32,000 bases of DNA from Schaalia odontolytica. Lineage in GTDB: Bacteria > Actinomycetota > Actinomycetes > Actinomycetales > Actinomycetaceae. Position numbers and translations under genes: made by a program. The notes below the pieces were generated by a model. The model was given only the letters and a program-made list of their open reading frames with translations. It was not told the DNA's origin and made no database searches. Shown in pieces: positions 26,987 to 32,000 of this stretch (the stretch's first letter is position 1; each line of letters starts with the position of its first letter). The DNA is taken from positions 930,001 to 962,000 of the forward strand of contig NZ_CP040006.1 of assembly GCF_005696695.1 (NCBI RefSeq). Reading direction: 5' to 3'.

Positions 26987-27391
26987 ATGAGCCTGATGAC
27001 GATTGTGATCTGGTGTGCGGTTCTCCTCGCGTGCGTGGGGGCGATCCTGTGGGCGTACATGAATGTGCGCGCCCGCAGGATCGTTTCGCGTTTGGGCGCG
27101 TTCCGCTGTTGGTCGCGCCCGGACGTTCATTCGGGATGGACGGCCGGCATCGGCGTGTACGGCGTCGAGGAGCTGTCCTGGTATCGGCTGGTGGGACTGA
27201 CCTTCAAGCCGGTGTATTCGATCCCGCGTCGGGGCATGGAGGTTTCGGCTCCGATCGCGCACTCGGCTGACGGATCTGTCGTTGAAGTGCGCCTGGCGTA
27301 CGGTGACCATCGTTACGAGGTGGCCGTAGAACGCTTGACATATAACGGATTGGTCTCCTGGGTGGAGTCCGGTCCTCCGCGCCTCGTGTGA
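26987..27391 (+). CDS. DUF2550-type small membrane-anchored protein (Rv1312-like position after atpC)
   Basis: An N-terminal TM helix, then the pattern WTAGIGVYGVEELSWYRL. GAGGAGG RBS. The family assignment is from memory of the conserved synteny. Confidence 0.7.
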   Translation: MSLMTIVIWCAVLLACVGAILWAYMNVRARRIVSRLGAFRCWSRPDVHSGWTAGIGVYGVEELSWYRLVGLTFKPVYSIPRRGMEVSAPIAHSADGSVVEVRLAYGDHRYEVAVERLTYNGLVSWVESGPPRLV

Positions 27392-27413
27392 GCAGGATTG
27401 GTAAGCTCACGGG

Positions 27414-28106
27414 GTGCGTATTGTTATTGCTACCTGCACCGTTGATTATTCCGGTCGTCTGAGCGCCCACCTGGACCCCGCCAAGCGCGTCATCATGCTC
27501 AAAGGTGACGGCTCGGTCCTCATCCATTCCGAGGGCGGTTCCTACAAGCCGCTCAACTGGATGACGGCACCCTGTACGGTCTCCATGGGGGAACCCGGCG
27601 AGGACGAGGAGGGTGTCGAGCAGGTCTGGACGGTTCAGGCCGACAAGACTGACGACAAGCTGATCATCCGCATCCACGAGATCATCGCGGATGTCACCGA
27701 GGACCTGGGCGTCGACCCCGGCCTCGTCAAGGACGGCGTTGAGGCGCACCTGCAGGAGCTTCTCGCGGAGCAGGTGCCCCAGATCCTCGGTGAGGGTTGG
27801 GAGCTGGTGCGCCGCGAGTTCCCCACGCCCGTGGGCCCGGTGGACCTCATGGTGCGCGACGCCGACGGCAACCACGTGGCGATCGAGGTGAAGCGCCGGG
27901 GCGGCATCGATGGCGTTGAGCAGCTGACGCGCTACCTGTCGCTGCTGGGGCGCGATGCGCTTCTGGGCGACGTGACCGGTATTTTCGCAGCCCAGGAGAT
28001 CACCAAGCAGGCTCGTACCCTCGCCGAGGATCGCGGTATCCGCTGCGTGGTTCTCGACTACGACGCGATGCGCGGGGTTGATGACCCCGAGTCTCGACTT
28101 TTCTGA
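27414..28106 (+). CDS. nucS: Endonuclease NucS (EndoMS, mismatch-specific)
   Basis: N-terminal [16 protein letters not shown] and a C-terminal PD-(D/E)xK-type core [23 protein letters not shown] start at 27414. Confidence 0.93.
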   Translation: MRIVIATCTVDYSGRLSAHLDPAKRVIMLKGDGSVLIHSEGGSYKPLNWMTAPCTVSMGEPGEDEEGVEQVWTVQADKTDDKLIIRIHEIIADVTEDLGVDPGLVKDGVEAHLQELLAEQVPQILGEGWELVRREFPTPVGPVDLMVRDADGNHVAIEVKRRGGIDGVEQLTRYLSLLGRDALLGDVTGIFAAQEITKQARTLAEDRGIRCVVLDYDAMRGVDDPESRLF

Positions 28107-29212
28107 TGGAGACATCCCGTCGGGTGAGCCTGGGGAGAATCATCGCCCAAGGACTCGTCCCTGCGACCGTGGCGCGCTCGCCGCTGGACGCCGTGGAGAA
28201 TCTGCTGGCACTGCAAGGCCAACAGGCGAGCGCGATCCCGTGGGCGATCGGTGTGCGCTGCACGGGTGTGTCGCGCGCTCGCGTCGAGGAGTCCTTCGCG
28301 CGCGGTGAGCTGGTTCGATCCTGGCCGATGCGCGGCACCATTCACGTGACGAGCGCCCGTGACCACCACTGGCTGCGCCGACTGCTGCGTCACCGCCGTG
28401 CGGCGTGGGAACGCCAGGCGTCTTCTCTGGGCCTCACTGATGCTCTCGTCGAGCGTGCGGCGCAGGTTGCGTGTGACCTACTGGAGACCTCACCCCAGGG
28501 AGTGAGCCGCGCCGAGCTTGTCGCGGCGTGGGGAAGTAGTGGGATCGATACAGTGACGGTTTCTTCCGCACAGGAAGGGCTACGGCGCCGCCACCTCATC
28601 ATGCGCCTCCATTTGGATGGTGTGCTCACCGCTGGTCCTGTGTGCGCGGGTGAACACCGGATCATTGACGCGCGTTCACTTCCGGCTGCCCCCGGGGTTG
28701 CGAAAGGGGAGGCTGGGCACGAAGAAGCCCTCGCGGTCCTGGCAGCGCGTTACGCCTGGGGGCACGGTCCCATCGACGAGGCGGACCTGGCTAGGTGGAC
28801 CGGGTTGACTCTCACCGAAGCGCGTCGGGCGATGGCTGGGGCGCGCGTGGCGGGGAAAAATATCGGCCTGCCCATCGCGGAGTTTGAAGGTGGCCTGGCT
28901 CGCGCTGACCTTGCTGACCTCGTGGAAGCCTTCAGCGACGAGGCCGAGGCGATGCTCGCGCTGCCCTCATTCGATGAGCTGCATGTCGGTTATAAGGACC
29001 GTTCCTGTCTGACGGACGAGGCAGGCGAGGCTTTGATCTGCCCTGCGAAGAACGGGATGTTCCGTCCGATTGCTGTCGCAGGTGGACGCGTGGTTGCTGT
29101 GCGCGCCCCCGGCAGCCAGGTTGTGACTGCCGACGGCTGCGGGACCTATGAGGAATCGGCGCGACGGGCGTTCGGAGACTGGGAGAAATGGTTGTCCGAG
29201 ACGCAGCAGTGA
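28106..29212 (+). CDS. Winged-helix DNA-binding protein of the HTH_42 (AlkZ/YcaQ-like DNA glycosylase) family
   Basis: The N-terminal pattern LLALQGQQASAIPWAIGVR...GELVRSWPMRGTIHV is typical of this family as I recall it. The ATG at 28106 overlaps the nucS TGA by 1 nt (TGATG). Confidence 0.7.
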   Translation: METSRRVSLGRIIAQGLVPATVARSPLDAVENLLALQGQQASAIPWAIGVRCTGVSRARVEESFARGELVRSWPMRGTIHVTSARDHHWLRRLLRHRRAAWERQASSLGLTDALVERAAQVACDLLETSPQGVSRAELVAAWGSSGIDTVTVSSAQEGLRRRHLIMRLHLDGVLTAGPVCAGEHRIIDARSLPAAPGVAKGEAGHEEALAVLAARYAWGHGPIDEADLARWTGLTLTEARRAMAGARVAGKNIGLPIAEFEGGLARADLADLVEAFSDEAEAMLALPSFDELHVGYKDRSCLTDEAGEALICPAKNGMFRPIAVAGGRVVAVRAPGSQVVTADGCGTYEESARRAFGDWEKWLSETQQ

Positions 29213-29238
29213 AGTGTCATGTGTGCCACAATTAGTGC

Positions 29239-30429
29239 ATGACTACTTCTGTGTTGCGTGGCCGTCTGGTTCTGGAAGATACCGTCGTTGAGGACGGAAT
29301 CATCGAGTTCGACGGCGCGACTATTACCCGTGTGTGTCCCGTTTCCGAATACGAGGGCGAGGCGCCCGAGGCCAGCGATGCGACCTACCTGCCCGGCCTC
29401 GTCGATGTGCACTGCCACGGCGGCGGCGGAGAGTCCTTCCCCAACGCCGAGACCGCCGAGGCTGCTCTCGTTGCTGTCCTTGAGCATCGCCGTCACGGCA
29501 CGACCTCCCTGGTCGCATCCTGCGTGACCGCCTCCGCCGAGGTGCTGCGTGCGCGTGCGAAGACCCTGGCTGAGCTGGCGAAGGCCGACGAGCTTGCCGG
29601 TATCCACTTCGAGGGCCCCTTCGTCTCCCACGAGCGCTGCGGCGCCCAGGACCCGACGTACATCGTCGATCCCGACGCTGACCTGACGCGCACCCTCATC
29701 GAGGACTGCCAGGGATACGCACTGTCCATGACGCTGGCCCCCGAGAAGCCGAATGCCTACGGCCCCGGCTCGGTCGCCGAGGCCCTCATCGACGGGGGAG
29801 CGGTGCCGTCCTGGGGACACACTGACTCCAACTCCGTGAAGGCTCGCGAGGCCCTGGCCTACTCGCGCGAGCGTTTCGCCCAGGTGGAGACCAAGCGCGG
29901 CCCGCGTGCGACGATCACCCACCTGTTCAACGGCATGCGCCCGCTGCACCACCGTGACACCGGCCCGATTGCCGAGTTCCTCTCGGATGCCGCGCGCGGC
30001 GGTGCTGTCGCCGAGCTGATATGCGACTCCGTCCACGTCGATCCGTCGCTCGTTCGCGACGTGTACGAACTGGTCGGCCGCGAGCACGTCGTTCTCATCA
30101 CCGATGCGATGGCGGCCGCCGGCATGGCCGATGGCGAATACACGCTCGGCCCCCAGGACGTCATCGTGAAGGACGGCGTCGCTCGCCTGGCTCACGGCAA
30201 CTCCATCGCGGGCGGCACGGCGCACCTCATGGACTGCGTGCGCGTAGCCGTCACCAAGGGCGGGATCCCGCTCGTTGACGCCGTGTACATGGCCTCAGCT
30301 CAGGGAGCCACGATTCTCGGCGACGATACGATCGGCTCGCTGGCGGCCGGAAAGAAGGCCGACATCGTCGAGGTCGACTCTGACCTCGTCGTGCGCCGCG
30401 TCTGGCGACGTGGCACTGTGGTTGCGTGA
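29239..30429 (+). CDS. nagA: N-acetylglucosamine-6-phosphate deacetylase
   Basis: Motifs PGLVDVHCHGGGG, ITHLFNGM and SIAGGTAHL. Confidence 0.9.
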   Translation: MTTSVLRGRLVLEDTVVEDGIIEFDGATITRVCPVSEYEGEAPEASDATYLPGLVDVHCHGGGGESFPNAETAEAALVAVLEHRRHGTTSLVASCVTASAEVLRARAKTLAELAKADELAGIHFEGPFVSHERCGAQDPTYIVDPDADLTRTLIEDCQGYALSMTLAPEKPNAYGPGSVAEALIDGGAVPSWGHTDSNSVKAREALAYSRERFAQVETKRGPRATITHLFNGMRPLHHRDTGPIAEFLSDAARGGAVAELICDSVHVDPSLVRDVYELVGREHVVLITDAMAAAGMADGEYTLGPQDVIVKDGVARLAHGNSIAGGTAHLMDCVRVAVTKGGIPLVDAVYMASAQGATILGDDTIGSLAAGKKADIVEVDSDLVVRRVWRRGTVVA

Positions 30430-30722
30430 GAGGCAAACGAAGCAAGAAACGACCGTGGGGCGAGGCGCGTCCATTGCAGATGGACCGCCTCGCCTCCGTG
30501 CCGCGTACGGAACGCGGCCCTGACGGGGGCGATTATCAGGTGCGCCGCCTGCCCGGTTCGGCGAAGGAATACACCTGCCCGGCCTGCTTGCGCCCGATTC
30601 CCGTGGGCAGTGCGCACGTGGTTGCGTGGCCCGAAGAAGCGCCGTTTGGCCTGCCCCAGGGAGTAGAGGGACGCCGTCATTGGCACTCGGAGTGCTGGCG
30701 GCGAGGACTGCGTCCCCTGTGA
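30426..30722 (+). CDS. Small basic protein with CxxC ... HxxC (zinc-ribbon-like) pattern, conserved in actinobacteria
   Basis: YTCPACLRPIPVGSAHVVAWP...RRHWHSECW. The GTG at 30426 overlaps the nagA TGA (GTGA); the ATG at 30480 is an alternative start. My recollection that related proteins carry a generic ATP/GTP-binding label is unverified. Confidence 0.6.
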   Translation: MRGKRSKKRPWGEARPLQMDRLASVPRTERGPDGGDYQVRRLPGSAKEYTCPACLRPIPVGSAHVVAWPEEAPFGLPQGVEGRRHWHSECWRRGLRPL

Positions 30723-30731
30723 CGCGCGGAT

Positions 30732-30743
30732 GTGATGCATCAC
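30732..30743. promoter_or_regulatory. 12-bp perfect palindrome GTGATGCATCAC upstream of the terminal membrane-protein ORF
   Basis: The sequence is exactly self-complementary and lies about 95 nt upstream of the GTG at 30839. With no loop it is more likely a protein-binding site than an RNA hairpin. Confidence 0.3.
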
Positions 30744-30838
30744 TGCCCCGCGTGCGAATTCGGCCGTCAACGGGGTTAGCACGTAAAGTGGAGCCTGAAG
30801 AATGCCCGCAGTGTGGGTGTTGGACGTGAGGAGCAACC

Positions 30839-32000
30839 GTGGAACTCTTTAAGCGATACGTGGCGGCATCGTCGATGGGCGTTGTGGCTCTCGTATGCGT
30901 GCTCGTCGGGCTGCTCGGTGTGACCGTGCTGCGGCCGCCGACGCATCAGGTCTCGTCGGTCGTGTCTTCGACCGATCTGATCATGACGCGCGGCAACGTG
31001 CTGTCGATCGTGAAGGACGACGTGACGGTCACCGCGACGTCGAAGTCGGGTGCACCCGTGACGCTGAGCATCGGCACCACGCAGGACGTCAAGGGCTGGA
31101 TTGGCGATGCTGCCTACACCGAGGTCATCGGCGTCGAGTCCGACCGCACGAAGCTGAAGGCCGAGTCGCACGATGCGATCGGCCCGTCTCGCGTCCCGTC
31201 ACCCACCCCGACCCAGCCCGGCGCACAGTCGGGGGCTCAGTCGGGCGTGCAGTCCGGTGCGCAGCCCCTCGCCGAGCCGTCGTCGGCCGACCTCGTGCAG
31301 CAGCTCGCCTCCTCCGACATGTGGTTCAAGCAGGCCAGCGGTGAGGGCACCGTGAGCCTGGACCTCGAGAACGTTCCGTCGGGCCGTTCCGCTCTCGCCG
31401 CGTCGGCCGCTGGCCCCGACGACCTGACCCTGACGCTGACCTGGAAGGTCGAGCAGACCAACACCCTCGCCATCATCGCGTTCCTTGCCGCCTGTGTCTT
31501 CGCGCTGATTGCCCTCGCGCTCTTCCTCACGCGCTGGCAGCTCCTGCGTCTGCGCAAGATTCGCGAGGCCCGCATTGAAGAGCGCCGTAAGGCTGACTCG
31601 CTCGAGACCTCCTCGATCAACTCCGCCGCCGTCGCCGAGCGCATTGCCGCCGCCCGCGAGGCTGCCCCGGCTGCCGTCGCGGCCTCTGAGCCGGCAAAGG
31701 CCGACGAGCCGTCCGTGGAAGAGTCGGAGCAGCCTGAGGCTGACACCGACGACCAGCCCGCAGACAACGCTCCCACGTGGGGCGCCGCAGCTTTCGCGTC
31801 CGGCAAGAACGAGGCCGAGGACGACGAAGCTCCCGTCGCAGAAGCTGACGAGGCCGTGGCTGAGGACAGTGCCGAGACCGAGCCCGCCGATGAGGCCCCC
31901 GTGGAGCCCGCCGAGGCCTCGGACGAGAACGCCGAGCAGGCACAGCCTACTGTTGACGCCTCCGAGGAGTACGTCCCGGACCCGCTGACCGATACCTTTG
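30839..32000 (+). CDS. Membrane protein, 3'-partial (TM - ~190-aa ectodomain - TM - acidic low-complexity tail); not in the supplied ORF track
   Basis: I translated this frame by hand from GTG 30839 to the window end: 387 codons with no stop. A TGA at 30827-30829 closes the frame upstream. GAGGAG lies 5 nt upstream of the GTG. TM1 is MGVVALVCVLVGLLGV and TM2 is LAIIAFLAACVFALIALALFL, followed by RWQLLRLRKIR. Third codon positions are strongly G/C. Confidence 0.75.
   Translation, partial: MELFKRYVAASSMGVVALVCVLVGLLGVTVLRPPTHQVSSVVSSTDLIMTRGNVLSIVKDDVTVTATSKSGAPVTLSIGTTQDVKGWIGDAAYTEVIGVESDRTKLKAESHDAIGPSRVPSPTPTQPGAQSGAQSGVQSGAQPLAEPSSADLVQQLASSDMWFKQASGEGTVSLDLENVPSGRSALAASAAGPDDLTLTLTWKVEQTNTLAIIAFLAACVFALIALALFLTRWQLLRLRKIREARIEERRKADSLETSSINSAAVAERIAAAREAAPAAVAASEPAKADEPSVEESEQPEADTDDQPADNAPTWGAAAFASGKNEAEDDEAPVAEADEAVAEDSAETEPADEAPVEPAEASDENAEQAQPTVDASEEYVPDPLTDTF

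Noticed and set aside
29216-29243. Inverted repeat GTCATG ... CATGAC overlapping the nagA start, considered as a NagR/DasR-type operator
   Set aside because: It is only 6 bp per arm, with a 16-nt gap. It does not resemble the DasR-type consensus as I remember it, so it is too weak to report.
30895-31344. 149-aa ORF listed in the track, and the neighbouring ORFs 31173..31355 and 31509..31988
   Set aside because: They are alternative frames of the open-ended ORF that starts at 30839. That ORF has an SD, TM helices and proper third-position GC bias. The alternatives are Arg/Ala/Pro-rich.

Overview
High-GC (roughly two-thirds G+C by eye) actinobacterial chromosome, densely coded and mostly core housekeeping genes. 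The gene order matches the conserved block hom-thrB-rho-rpmE-prfA-prmC-sua5/tsaC-wecA-atpBEFHAGDC-DUF2550-nucS, as I recall it from Mycobacterium and Corynebacterium. Upstream are a 5'-truncated adenosine/adenine deaminase, a translationally coupled amidotransferase/acetyltransferase/def trio, and a minus-strand pyruvate formate-lyase locus. Downstream of nucS are an AlkZ/YcaQ-like winged-helix protein, nagA, a small CxxC protein and an open-ended membrane-protein ORF that the ORF track omits. I found no rRNA, tRNA, CRISPR array or mobile element. Two things stand out. (1) A 4.2-kb array of three paralogous two-TM membrane proteins sits between rho and rpmE. The middle paralog carries an extracytoplasmic TPM domain, and all three share a ~330-aa cytoplasmic module in which I recognise no known function. 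The array lies between a strong rho terminator and rpmE's own promoter. This is my best candidate for an undescribed system. (2) Pyruvate formate-lyase is split. The catalytic ORF stops at a single TGA, and the glycyl-radical domain is an 83-aa GrcA-like ORF 123 nt downstream, in the same frame, behind two stable hairpins and a strong Shine-Dalgarno. All calls rest on motif recognition and hand inspection; no database search was possible.
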